Shown here piece after piece: positions 48,669 to 62,825 of a DNA stretch of 64,000 nucleotides (position 1 is the stretch's first letter; each line of letters starts with the position of its first letter). Source of the DNA: Dictyostelium discoideum (taxonomy: Eukaryota); assembly GCA_000004695.1 (NCBI GenBank), contig CM000151.3, forward strand, positions 6,208,001 to 6,272,000. The letters are read 5' to 3'. The notes below the pieces were generated by a model. That model was not told the origin of the DNA, ran no database searches, and was given only the letters and a program-made list of their open reading frames with translations. A program made the translations under genes and the position numbers.

Positions 48669-50810
48669 ATGATATCATTAAATAGAGTATCAAGAAGAGT
48701 TGTTCAATCAGTAATTAAAAATAATGGATGTAGTAATACAGTAAGATCCATTGGATCAGTATCATTATTAAATAATAACAATAATAATAACAACATTTCA
48801 AGTAAAATCACAAATAAACCACAAAATAGAATTAATATTAATAGTAATAATAATAGATTTACAAATAATTCAAGAGTTACAAGAACAAGTACATTTTCAT
48901 TACCAGAATCAGGTAAAACCATTACACGTTTAAATATTAATAAAAATGAACAAATAGGTTTAGATGTTGCAGTTTATAGATATTATTCAAAAAATCATGA
49001 AAAAATTAGAAATGTTGCAATTATTGCACATGTAGATCATGGTAAAACTTCATTGGTTGATCAATTATTACGTCAAAGTGGTGCAATTAAAGCAACAGAA
49101 AAAGATGAAAGAGTTATGGATTCAAATGCATTGGAAAAGGAAAGAGGTATTACAATTATGGCAAAATGTACTTCATTCGATTATAAGAATCATAAATTGA
49201 ACATTGTGGATACACCAGGTCACGGTGATTTTGGAGGTGAGGTTGAACGTGTGTTATCTATGGTAGATGGTGTAGTATTATTGGTTGATGCAACTGAAGG
49301 TCCAATGGCTCAAACTAAATTTGTACTTTCCAAAGCATTGAGTCAAGGTTTGAGACCAATTGTTGTAATTAATAAATTGGATCGTTCAACAGCACGTGTT
49401 GATGAAGTTGAGAATGAAATCTTTGATTTGTTTGCCACATTGGGCGCAAGTGATGAACAATTAAATTATCCAACTCTCTATGCATCAGGTCGTCAAGGTT
49501 GGGCAATCCGTTCACGTGGTGATGATCAAAAAGATATTCTCCCATTATTGGATACCATTGTAGAGTATGTAGAATGTCCAAATGTTAAACCAGAGGAACC
49601 ATTCACAATGTTGGTTACAAATTTAGAGTCTGATCCATTCGTTGGTCGTATTGTAACAGGTAAAATCTACTCTGGTAAGGCCAAGGTTGGTCAACCACTT
49701 CGTGTAGTCGATATGAAAGGTAATGTCATTGAAGATGGAAGTAAAATCACAAAGATTTTCTGTCGTCGTGCTATGGAAAGAATTGTTTTGGAAGAAGGTG
49801 AAGCTGGTGATATCGTTGGTATCGCTGGTTTCTCCCAAGCCACTGTCACCAATTCACTCATTGCCGAAGGTGTCAAAGAACCAATCAAAGCCATTCCAAT
49901 TGATCCACCAGTTTTAGCAATGTATTTCGAAGCCAACAACAGTCCATTCGCTGGTAAAGAAGGTACTCATTGCACAACTTTAAAAATTAAAAGTCGTCTC
50001 CTCAAAGAGATTGAATCAAATGTTTCACTTCAAGTAAACGTAACTGGTGAATCCTTTGAGGTTAAAGGTCGTGGTGAGCTTCAATTAGGTATCCTTTTAG
50101 AGAATATGAGAAGAGAAGGCTATGAAGTTGCCGTATCTCAACCAAGAGTTGTCTTTACCAAAGATGAAAATGGTAATCTCATGGAACCACAAGAAGAGGT
50201 AACAATCGATGTCGATACCGAATATTCTGGTGCTATCATTGAAAAACTTTCAAAGAGAAATGGTGATATCACCGATATGAAACAATCAATGGGTAAATCT
50301 AGATTGGTTTTCCTCGTACCATCAAGAGGTTTAATTGGTTTAAGAAGTGAAATCATCAATGATACCAAAGGTACCGGTGTCATGAATCATTTATTCCACT
50401 CTTATGTACCACATAAAGGTCCAATGGATAACAAAGAGAAAGGTGCTTTAATTTCAATGAGTGAAGGTGTTGCCACTGCTTTCTCATTAAGTGCTCTCGA
50501 AGATAGAGGTGTTCTCTTTATTGGCCCACAAACTCAAGTTTACTCTGGTATGATCATTGGTGAAAACTCAAAATTAACTGATTTAGATGTTAATCCAGTT
50601 AAATCCAAACAATTAACAAACATTAGAACTACAGTCAAAGAAGAGGGTATCCGTCTCTCTCCTCCAAAATTATTAAAATTAGAAGAAGCTATTGCTTGTG
50701 TCAAAGAAGATGAACTCATTGAAATCACTCCAAAGAGTATTCGTTTAAGAAAGAGAGAATTGGATTCAACTAAAAGACAAAAAATTAATAGAGATAAAAA
50801 ATCTATGTAA
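48669..50810 (+). CDS. TypA/BipA translational GTPase (organellar-targeted), 713 aa, single exon
   Basis: IAHVDHGKTSLVDQLL (G1), DTPGHGDFGGEVERV (G3), VINKLDR (G4), plus the EF-G-like domains II-V. N-terminal basic/poly-N presequence. Confidence 0.9.
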   Translation: MISLNRVSRRVVQSVIKNNGCSNTVRSIGSVSLLNNNNNNNNISSKITNKPQNRININSNNNRFTNNSRVTRTSTFSLPESGKTITRLNINKNEQIGLDVAVYRYYSKNHEKIRNVAIIAHVDHGKTSLVDQLLRQSGAIKATEKDERVMDSNALEKERGITIMAKCTSFDYKNHKLNIVDTPGHGDFGGEVERVLSMVDGVVLLVDATEGPMAQTKFVLSKALSQGLRPIVVINKLDRSTARVDEVENEIFDLFATLGASDEQLNYPTLYASGRQGWAIRSRGDDQKDILPLLDTIVEYVECPNVKPEEPFTMLVTNLESDPFVGRIVTGKIYSGKAKVGQPLRVVDMKGNVIEDGSKITKIFCRRAMERIVLEEGEAGDIVGIAGFSQATVTNSLIAEGVKEPIKAIPIDPPVLAMYFEANNSPFAGKEGTHCTTLKIKSRLLKEIESNVSLQVNVTGESFEVKGRGELQLGILLENMRREGYEVAVSQPRVVFTKDENGNLMEPQEEVTIDVDTEYSGAIIEKLSKRNGDITDMKQSMGKSRLVFLVPSRGLIGLRSEIINDTKGTGVMNHLFHSYVPHKGPMDNKEKGALISMSEGVATAFSLSALEDRGVLFIGPQTQVYSGMIIGENSKLTDLDVNPVKSKQLTNIRTTVKEEGIRLSPPKLLKLEEAIACVKEDELIEITPKSIRLRKRELDSTKRQKINRDKKSM

Positions 50811-51238
50811 ATTGATTAAATAAAAAAAAAAAAAAAACAAAAAAAAGAAAAATACAAAATTTAAAGTTAAAGTCAACAATAATAATAATAATAATAAAAA
50901 AAAAATATAAATATTTTATATCTCAAATTATTATTAATATTTTTTTTTTTTTTTTTTTTTATTATTATTACTATAATTATTATTAATATTTTTTTTTTTT
51001 TTTAATAATAATTATTATTATAATTTCTTTTTTGATCAATTTAGATCTTGAGATCTAAGAAAATAGTTAAATATAAGATGTTGGTAAATTTTTGTAATTG
51101 TGCGCCATCAAAAATAAAATTGACGTATCCAAAAATCCCAAACCAGACCAGTTTATGTAAAAAAATCAGAATCTGACTTTTGACATCTTTTTTATTTTTA
51201 TTTTTTTTTATTTTTTATTTTTTTTTTTTTTTTTTTTG

Positions 51239-51281
<43 letters not shown>

Positions 51282-51340
51282 TATAGAACCTTTGAAATTT
51301 TTTTTTTTTTTTAATTTGCAGATTTTATTCATTCATTTAA

Positions 51341-51347
51341 AAAAAGT

Positions 51348-51406
<59 letters not shown>

Positions 51407-51440
51407 TTCATTTATTTTATTTATTTATTTTATTTTATTT
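51341..51440. repeat. (TTTA)n microsatellite in the 5' leader of the TBC gene
   Basis: About 20 TTTA units visible in the sequence. Confidence 0.9.
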
Positions 51441-51471
51441 ATTTATTCAATTTTTAATTTTATTTAAAAAT

Positions 51472-54432
<2,961 letters not shown>

Positions 54433-54507
54433 ATAAATTCTTTTTTTTTTTTTTTTTTTTAAATAATCTTAATAAGTTTACAGTATGTTTATTTTACAAT
54501 TTTTTTT

Positions 54508-54857
54508 TTATTCTAAATTTAATTTCATCCAAACTAAATTAGTATTTGTTTTTTTTAATTTTGAATTTCCACCAAATATTCTTAATAAATTTGATACTTT
54601 TTCACTATCATCTATATTGTCTTCATTTTTTTCCTTGCTAATACTACTACTACCACTACTATTACTACTAATACAACTACTAAAATTAGAAGTTGAAATT
54701 GGATCACATTCAATATAACCAAATGTTTTATAAAATTCTTGTTTATCATTTGTTGAAAGATATGATATTTTATAACCTTTTTTTTTCATTATTTTATGAC
54801 CTTCTATCATTAATAATTTACCATACCCTTTTCCCCTATATTTTGATTTAATTAAAA
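54508..54857 (-). CDS. GNAT-family N-acetyltransferase, exon 2 of 2
   Basis: Acceptor tatag|TTTTAATT. VLIKSKYRGKGYGKLLM (GNAT motif A R/Q-x-x-G-x-G). Stop at 54508-54510. Confidence 0.8.
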
Positions 54858-54919
54858 CTATAAAAATTAATTAATTTCTGTTTAAAAACTTTTTTTTTTT
54901 TTTTCAAAAAAAAAATTAC

Positions 54920-55184
54920 CATTTTCTAATAATAATGAAACATTTGAATCTTTATCATTATTTAAAACTGTTGAAATTGTTAAACAACCTATAACTTCTT
55001 CAGTTTCTTCTACCGTTAGTTCATCATTTTTTAATTTCATAATTAAATAAAAAGGAAAATTATCATTTGATTTCTCTATTGATGCCTTTCTTGAATATTC
55101 CGATCTGGGCCATTGTGAATTTAATAACTTTATTAATTCTTCTATATATTTATTATCATTGTGTATATATGAAAAAGATATCAT
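54920..55184 (-). CDS. GNAT-family N-acetyltransferase, exon 1 of 2
   Basis: ATG at 55184. Donor G|GTAATT at 54919. Confidence 0.75.
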
Positions 55185-55474
55185 TGCAAAAATTTGTGTT
55201 TTGTAAAATAAATGAATTAAAAAAAAAAAAAAAAAAAAAAGTAAAAAAATAAAAAAAAATTAAATAAAAAATGAAAAATGAAAAACGAGTTATTTTTAGA
55301 ACAAAAAAAAATAAAAAAAAATCTAATTATTTTCACACACATTATACTATGACAAAATTTTTAAAACAAATATAAAACCTATAAAAAAAAAAAATAAAAA
55401 ATAAAAAAAAAAAAAAAGTTAAAATGAAAAAGAAATAATTATTTTCTTTCTTTTAATTTATTTTATTTATTTTA

Positions 55475-55623
55475 ATGCAATTCCGAGTTATTAATTGTAT
55501 TTTTTTATGTAGAATTTTATTTTTTTTATTTGTTCATTTTATTAGAATGAGTAATTCTCAAGCTAATTGTATATTTTCTTTTGTTGATGGAACTAAATTT
55601 AATTTAACATCGCTTAGATTAGA
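55475..55623 (+). CDS. MRH (mannose-6-phosphate receptor homology) domain mucin-like membrane glycoprotein, exon 1 of 2 (signal peptide and start of MRH)
   Basis: ATG at 55475. MQFRVINCIFLCRILFFLFVHFIR (signal peptide)...CIFSFVDGTKFNLTSLRL. Donor GA|GTAAAT. Confidence 0.6.
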
Positions 55624-55702
55624 GTAAATATTTTATTTAAATAATAATATTATTAATTTAAATAATAATTAATAAAAAACAATAAGGACTAATTAATTTT
55701 TA

Positions 55703-55742
<40 letters not shown>

Positions 55743-55763
55743 ATAATAATAACTCTCATAAAG

Positions 55764-57732
55764 AGGAGGTGGATTTTATAACTCAAGTTTTTCAAATGAA
55801 AATATAGATTATAATATAATATTTAATATTTGTGGTAATGTTGAATATTGTAGAGGTATTGATGGAAATGGTGATGGGAGTACATTTTTAGAGAGTTCAC
55901 AATCATGTCAAGTATTTCCAAATGATGAAACAACATTTCAAACTGGTGTATTAAATAAAGAGCATGCATATAAAACATCAACTGGTATGGTTTTAGTATA
56001 TACATCAGAAATTGAATATCCAACATGCACCTATGACAATCATAAATCAAATCAATTAATTATTAATTGTGATGAAAATCAAGAATTTTTAATTGTAAAT
56101 ACAAACAATTCAACCAGACCATGTTTTTATCAAATAACAATAAATTCAAAACATGTCTGTGATAATAATAATAATAATAATAGCAATAGTTCAAGTAGTG
56201 ATTGCAATATCAGTAATAGCAAAAGTAGTAATTGCAATATTAGTAGCAGTATCAATAATAGTAGTAGCAATAGTAGAAGTAGCAATAATAGTAGTAGCAG
56301 TAGTAGTAGCAATAGTAGTGAGAGTAGTGGAAGTGGTGGAAGTGATTGTAGTGTTAATTGTAATGGTAGTAGTGATAGTACAAGTTGGTCATTACCATCA
56401 TTTTCTATACCATCTGATTCATCTGATTGGTTACCATCATTTCCTGGTTCATTACCATCTGATTCATCCGATTGGCAACCATCATTTCCGGGCTCATTAC
56501 CATCTGATTCGTCTGATTCATTGCCATCTTTACCTGGCTCTCTACCTGATTCGTCTGGTTCATTACCATCGTTTCCTGGTTCATTACCATCTGGATCATC
56601 TGATTCATTGCCATCTTTTCCTGGCTCTCTACCATCTGATTCGTCTGATTCATTACCATCATTTCCTGGTTCTTTACCATCTGGATCATCTGATTCATTA
56701 CCATCGTTTCCTGGTTCTTTGCCATCTGGATCATCTGATTCATTACCATCTTTTCCTGGATCTTTTCCATCTGGATCATCAGACACATTATCATCGTTTC
56801 CTGGATCATTACCATCTGATTCATCTGACCCATTATCATCATCACCGGGTTCATTACCATCCGATTCCTCTGGATCATTTCCATCGCTTACTGGTTCATC
56901 AGATCTGTCATCAACAATCACTACCACACCAACAACACCGACAACAACTCCAAATTTTACATTTACCCCAACAATACCAACTCTAACACCAATAAATACC
57001 ACCTTTCCAACTTTAACCCCAACAAATACTTCTTTTCCAACTTTAACTCCAACAAACTCTTCCACCCCAACTCCAACAAATTCTTCCACCCCAACTCCAA
57101 CAAATTCTTCCACCCCAACTCCAACAAATTCTTCCACCCCAACTCCTACCAATTCTTCAGATCCTTCATCAGCATCCTCATTTAACTCCTCTTCATCATT
57201 TAATTCTACATCATCAAGTAATTCCACAATATCACCATCATCATCATCTTTAAATAACTCAACGTCTTCATTTAATTCAACATCATTAAGTAATTCAACA
57301 TCATCAAGTAATTCCACAATTTCTTCATCATCACTGAATAATACATCATCTATTTCTGAAGATTTTTTAGTTTCATGTTATTTTACAAACTCAACTATAT
57401 TTGTTAAAAATAAAGGAAATGAATTTATAAAATGTAAAGGGTATGGTTCAACAAATTGCACAAATCAAAATACTCTTTGTGAAAGTAAAAAAAACAATAC
57501 CGCAATTAATTGTTGGGGTAAAAAAGAAATTAATTGTAAAGGTTCTTCGATAACTTGTTCAGTATTTGGTAAATTAACTTGTACAAATGCAAATAACTTG
57601 GTAGAATTAGTCAGTGATGAAACTCAAAGTATTAGCGAAAGTGATGGTTATATTTTAAACAATTTTCAGAATCCAAAAAATTATTTTTCATTTTTAATAT
57701 TTATTATTTTTTCCATTAAAATTATTATTTAA
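55764..57732 (+). CDS. MRH-domain mucin-like protein, exon 2 of 2 (S/P 15-aa repeats, Cys-rich module, C-terminal hydrophobic tail)
   Basis: Acceptor ataaag|A. MRH end LVYTSEIEYPTCTYD...NCDENQEF...RPCFYQITINSKHVC. About 14 tandem SLPSDSSDSLPSFPG repeats. Thr/Pro-rich mucin segment. C-terminal FSFLIFIIFSIKIII, a likely GPI signal or TM. Confidence 0.65.
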
Positions 57733-57976
57733 TTTAATTTAATTCAATAATTGTATTTTAATAAATAGATAATTATAAAAAAATAATTATAAAAAAATAA
57801 ATAAACAAAATAATTATATGTATAGTTTTTTTTTAATTTTTTTAATTTTTTTTTTTTTTATTTATTTTTTTTTTTATTTGTTTTTTTTTTTTTTTTTTTT
57901 AATATTTATAAAAAGATATAATATTTGGTTTTGTTTTTTTTTTTTTTTTTTTTGCGTAATAATATTATTTATTTAT

Positions 57977-59323
57977 TTAATCATCAGCATCGGTTGGACC
58001 CATTTTTGGTGGTTTTGGACCACCAGCTGGTTTAGACATAATGATTTGATCGACTCTTAAAACGGTGTTAGCAGTGTTTGTAGCTAATTTAATTGCGAAA
58101 AGTTTTGAAGCAAAAGCGTCTAAAACATCCATTTCGAGTACAGATTTTGGTTGACCAGATTCAATATCTAAACCATAATTGGTATTACCTTTGGTATGAG
58201 CTGCATAAATATTTGAGATTGCTTTTGAGGAGTCGTGACCACTAGTTTCAGCAAGAGTTCTTGGAATGATTTCGAAAGCTTCAGCGTATTGACGAATTGA
58301 ATATTGAGAGAGACCTGGTGTAGCATCGGCAAAAGCTTGGAGTTTACGTGAGGCTTCAATTTCAAAAGCACCAGCACCAGCTAAGAATCTACCATCTTTA
58401 CACATACCTTTGAAAACGTTGACACCATCATCGATGGCACGTTCAATATCATCGAGAATGTTATTGGTTGAACCACGAACTACAATGGTGGAGATTTCAC
58501 TTTCTTCTTTATTTTGACGGAAAATACAACATTTGGTTGAACCGATCTCTTCAACGAGTACTTCATCACAGTAACCCAATTCCTCAGGGATAGGGGCACC
58601 CAATTTAACTAATGGAGTTGCACCGATTGCTTTACAAACACGACGTAATTGGAATTTAGATTGAATACGAACCAACATGATTTTGAATCTTTCAATGTAA
58701 TGTAAAGCCAATTCGGAAACGGTTGAACCAGAGATGATCACTTTGACACCGGTATTTGCGATGGCAGTGATTGTCTCTCTGATTGAATCTTCCTCACCTT
58801 TGGAGAATTGTAACAATTCATCCTCGTTGGTGATCAATACTTTACCAGTGGTTTCAGTACGACCTAAATCGATACCCATTGTGAAAACGGCGATTTTTGC
58901 TTTCTCCATTCTTTTGATGGTACCTTCGGCATCCATTGGGATGACGAAACCTTTGATTACACTTGTATCAGTTACGCCACCACCTGGAATCTTGGTGACT
59001 CTAACATTATCGATATTGAAATTAACTGCTTTCTTTGGTAAAACTTGAAGACATGCATTGGTGATAATCTCTGATAAAAATTCCTCATATCCATATTGTT
59101 TACTTGCGATGGCTGATTTCAAACATTTTGTAACCTCCTTCTTATCTGTAATATCCTTTAAATTGTATACAATCATTGATTCAATAATCTCTTGAAGTTT
59201 AGCACCTGCTTTTTCAAAACCAGTTATAATTTCACTTGGGTGAAGTCCCATCTCTAATAAAGTTGCTGCTTTTTGTAAAAATTCACCTGTTAATGTAACA
59301 ACATAATTTGTACCATCTCCCAT
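57977..59323 (-). CDS. cct8: T-complex protein 1 (CCT) subunit theta, exon 2 of 2
   Basis: Acceptor tttag|ATGGGAGAT. Group II chaperonin equatorial, intermediate and apical domains. C-terminus ...IIMSKPAGGPKPPKMGPTDADD is typical of CCT8. Confidence 0.9.
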   Translation of the reverse strand: MGDGTNYVVTLTGEFLQKAATLLEMGLHPSEIITGFEKAGAKLQEIIESMIVYNLKDITDKKEVTKCLKSAIASKQYGYEEFLSEIITNACLQVLPKKAVNFNIDNVRVTKIPGGGVTDTSVIKGFVIPMDAEGTIKRMEKAKIAVFTMGIDLGRTETTGKVLITNEDELLQFSKGEEDSIRETITAIANTGVKVIISGSTVSELALHYIERFKIMLVRIQSKFQLRRVCKAIGATPLVKLGAPIPEELGYCDEVLVEEIGSTKCCIFRQNKEESEISTIVVRGSTNNILDDIERAIDDGVNVFKGMCKDGRFLAGAGAFEIEASRKLQAFADATPGLSQYSIRQYAEAFEIIPRTLAETSGHDSSKAISNIYAAHTKGNTNYGLDIESGQPKSVLEMDVLDAFASKLFAIKLATNTANTVLRVDQIIMSKPAGGPKPPKMGPTDADD

Positions 59324-59571
59324 CTAAAAATTATTAATAATAAAAAAATAATAATAATAATAATAATAAATATTGAAAATATTATAATTCAATTTTAAAA
59401 ATTGTATTGATTTGTAATTTTTTTTTTTTTTTTAGAAATAATAAATTTTTTAGGTTAAAATTTTCATTTAAATAAAAATAAAAATGGTGGTTAGTAATCA
59501 ATATTGTAGTGTTTAGATTTATAAATTTTGAGAGAGAGAAAAAAAAAAAAAAAAAAAAAAATATTACATAC

Positions 59572-59838
59572 TTCTTGTTCTTGCATTTGAGCAGCCATAA
59601 CCAACATTTTTGCAGCTGGATGAATAACATCTAATTCTCTAATGATGGTTGCGGCATCATTTGTAACAAATAATTTCTCTAAATGATTGATGATCATTTT
59701 ATTCATACCATTTGGACCTAATGATGTTCTTGTAATCTCTGATAATTGTTTGGTTGCATCAATATTTCTTAAGATTGCTTCATCTTTGCCTGCAAAATGC
59801 TTTGCACCATCTTTTAACATATCAGTTAATCCTAACAT
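59572..59838 (-). CDS. cct8: CCT subunit theta, exon 1 of 2
   Basis: ATG at 59838. ...SLGPNGMNKMIIN (the chaperonin TCP-1 signature GPxGxxKM). Donor GAA|GTATGT at 59571. Confidence 0.9.
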
Positions 59839-59928
59839 TTTTTTATTTTATATATATAAGTGTGATGATTTCGTCTCGCAATATTGAACAAAAACCAAAA
59901 CATCAATGAAATTTTTTGAAAAATTTTA

Positions 59929-59961
<33 letters not shown>

Positions 59962-60309
59962 TGAAAAAAAAAAAAATGAAAAAAATTTCATTTTTTTTTT
60001 TTATTAATAAAAATGGTTGACCTCCAAAGCCATTGCAATTTCACCAAAAACACTTTGTTTCAATTTGATAACTATTTTTTTAAATTTTTTTTTTGATTTT
60101 ATCTTCTTTATTTTTTATTTATTTATTTATTATTTTTTTTTTTTACTTTAAATAATATTGATTTCATTCCAATTAATTAAAAAAATAAAAATAAATAAAT
60201 AACAAATAAAAAAAATTATTTCTAATTTTAAAAATATTTATAAGAAAGAAATTTCTTACTTATAAATATTTACAATTTAATTAGTTTTAATCCTAACATG
60301 TAAATTTTA

Positions 60310-60415
<106 letters not shown>

Positions 60416-60497
60416 AAATTTTTTTTTTTATTTTTATTTTTATTTTTTTTTAATTTAAAAAAACGAACGAAAATTTAAATAAATAAAAAGAAAAAAA

Positions 60498-61319
60498 ATG
60501 GTATTATATATTATTGGATTGGGATTAGGTGATGAAAAAGATGTAACAATTAAAGGATTTGAAGCAATAAAGAAATCAAGTAAAATTTATTTAGAAGCAT
60601 ATACATCATTATTAGGTGGATCAACATCAATTGAAGCATTAGAGAAATTTTATGAAAAAAAGATTATTATAGCCGATAGAGAAATGGTTGAATCAGGTTG
60701 CGAAGAAATGTTAAAAGAATCAACAGAGAATGATGTTTCATTTTTAGTTGTAGGTGACCCATTCGGAGCAACAACTCATACAGATTTAGTTATTCGTGCT
60801 AAAGAATTATCGATTCCAGTTAAAGTGATTCACAATGCCTCAATTATGAATGCAATTGGTTGTTGTGGTCTTCAATTATATAGTTATGGTCAAACCATAT
60901 CAATGGTATTCTTTACAGAAACCACCAAACCCGATAGTTGGTACGATCGTGTTAAAATCAATCGTGTCAATGGTATGCATACCCTCTGCTTATTAGATAT
61001 CAAAGTTAAAGAACAATCAATTGAAAATATGTGTCGTGGTCGTTTAATTTATGAACCACCAAGATTCATGACCGTTAATCAATGTATTGAACAACTCTTG
61101 GAAATTGAAGAAATACGTAAAGAAAAAGTTTACGATCAAGATACCCTATGCATTGGTTTATCTCGTGTTGGTCAAGATGATCAACAAATCATTTCTGGTA
61201 CTATGAAAGAATTATTAGATGTTGATTTTGGTGCTCCACTTCATTCTTTTATCATTTGTGGTGATATGCATTTCATTGAAAAAGAATATTTTGAAACTTT
61301 TAGAGTTAAAAAAAATTAA
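60498..61319 (+). CDS. dph5: Diphthine synthase (diphthamide biosynthesis methyltransferase DPH5), single exon
   Basis: MVLYIIGLGLGDEKDVTIKGFEAIKKSSKIYLEAYTS...VVGDPFGATTH (tetrapyrrole-methylase fold, DPH5 signatures). Confidence 0.9.
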   Translation: MVLYIIGLGLGDEKDVTIKGFEAIKKSSKIYLEAYTSLLGGSTSIEALEKFYEKKIIIADREMVESGCEEMLKESTENDVSFLVVGDPFGATTHTDLVIRAKELSIPVKVIHNASIMNAIGCCGLQLYSYGQTISMVFFTETTKPDSWYDRVKINRVNGMHTLCLLDIKVKEQSIENMCRGRLIYEPPRFMTVNQCIEQLLEIEEIRKEKVYDQDTLCIGLSRVGQDDQQIISGTMKELLDVDFGAPLHSFIICGDMHFIEKEYFETFRVKKN

Positions 61320-61415
61320 TAATAATAAAAAAATACAAAAAATTAATAAAAAAAAAAAAAAAAAAAATAAGATTTTATTTATATATTTATATATTATATT
61401 TTATTATTATTATTA

Positions 61416-61792
61416 TTATTGTTGTTGGTTGTTGATTTTAATATCTACCATTTCAATTGGATAACCTCTAGCAGTAATTGATTGATGGGAACCTGGTTGG
61501 AGATCAAAAACATTTACACCTCCAAATACTTTTTTGATATGATCTTCAATTTCTTTAATTTCATTTTGTTTTTCAACTTCTTTTTCTTTAGTTTGAATAC
61601 GTCTTTTAATTAAATAAATTGCACTACCAACCAATGCTGAACAACCTATAAAACTACAAATTACAATTCCAGAAATTGCACCATCAGATAAAGAGGGACT
61701 TTCATCAGGAATACTTTCAACTCCTTCATTTTGGCCAGTAAACATATCAATAAATTCTCCATGTGATAAGTCACTAAATTTATTCAATGATA
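61416..61792 (-). CDS. Inhibitor_I29 (cathepsin-propeptide-like) domain type I membrane protein, exon 2 of 2
   Basis: Acceptor gaaaag|TATCATTG. LNKFSDLSHGEF (the I29 NxFxDxxxxEF motif). TM helix AISGIVICSFIGCSALVGSAIYLI followed by KRR. Confidence 0.6.
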
Positions 61793-61877
61793 CTTTTCAA
61801 AAAAAAAAAAAAAAAAAAATTATTATTATTTATATCACATTTTAAAAATTATATTTTAAATTAAAATTAATACATAC

Positions 61878-62217
61878 ATGTTGGAATATTAGAACTTGGT
61901 AAAGTAATAGAAATCGATGGTAAAATTACATCATTGATTGATTGTAATTTTCTTCCAAATGATGATTCAATGAATGAATTTTGGATATCATCTTCAAATG
62001 TTACAGTGACAAACTTTACATTTTTATTATTGGAATTTTGAATTTGGATACAATTCTCTTTGAAATTTTCAAATTTTTCATTTATTACTGAAGAATGATA
62101 TTTTACATCGTATGCATCCATCCAAGAATTAAATACTGGCCAATATTTATCATTAATTTCGTTTGAATTAATTAAACTTGGAAATATAAAAAATAAAATT
62201 AATAATAATTTAATCAT
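61878..62217 (-). CDS. I29-domain membrane protein, exon 1 of 2 (signal peptide and I29 N-terminal part)
   Basis: ATG at 62217. MIKLLLILFFIFPSLINS signal peptide. WPVFNSWMDAYDVKYHSSVINEKFENFKEN. Donor T|GTATGT at 61877. Confidence 0.6.
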
Positions 62218-62825
62218 TTTTTTTTAGAATTTTAGTTTTAATAATATTATACAATTTTTTATTTATTTATATATTTAAGATATTAAAATAAAACAAAATA
62301 AAAAAATAATAGATTATTTATAATTTTTTTTTTTTTTTTTTTTATTTTTTTTTTCTTTTTAATTTAAATTATTATTTTTTATATAAATTTTTATTTGTAA
62401 AATTAAATTTGCGTATAATTTAAATTATTTGAAAAATAACATATATTAAGATGAATCTAATTATCTTTTTGTTTTTTGATTTAAAAAAAACTTAAATTTT
62501 TTTTTTTAATCCTAGTTTGGGGGAATCTTTTTATTAAATGATTTTTGAAAAAAAAAAAAGTACAGTTTTAAAACGAATTTGTTTTTTGAAAAAACTTTTT
62601 TGGAATTTGCACCACAATTATTATTATAATACATTTTATTTATTTCTACACATATTATTTGAATTGTTTTTATTATTATTATTTTTTTAAAATTTTTTTT
62701 TAAGTCTTATAAAAAAAAAAAGTATAAATTAAAAAAAAAAGTTTAATAAAAAAAAAAAAAAAAAAAGATTTAATAAAATAAAATTAAAATAATCTTTGTA
62801 TAAAAAAAAAAAAAAAAAAAATAAA

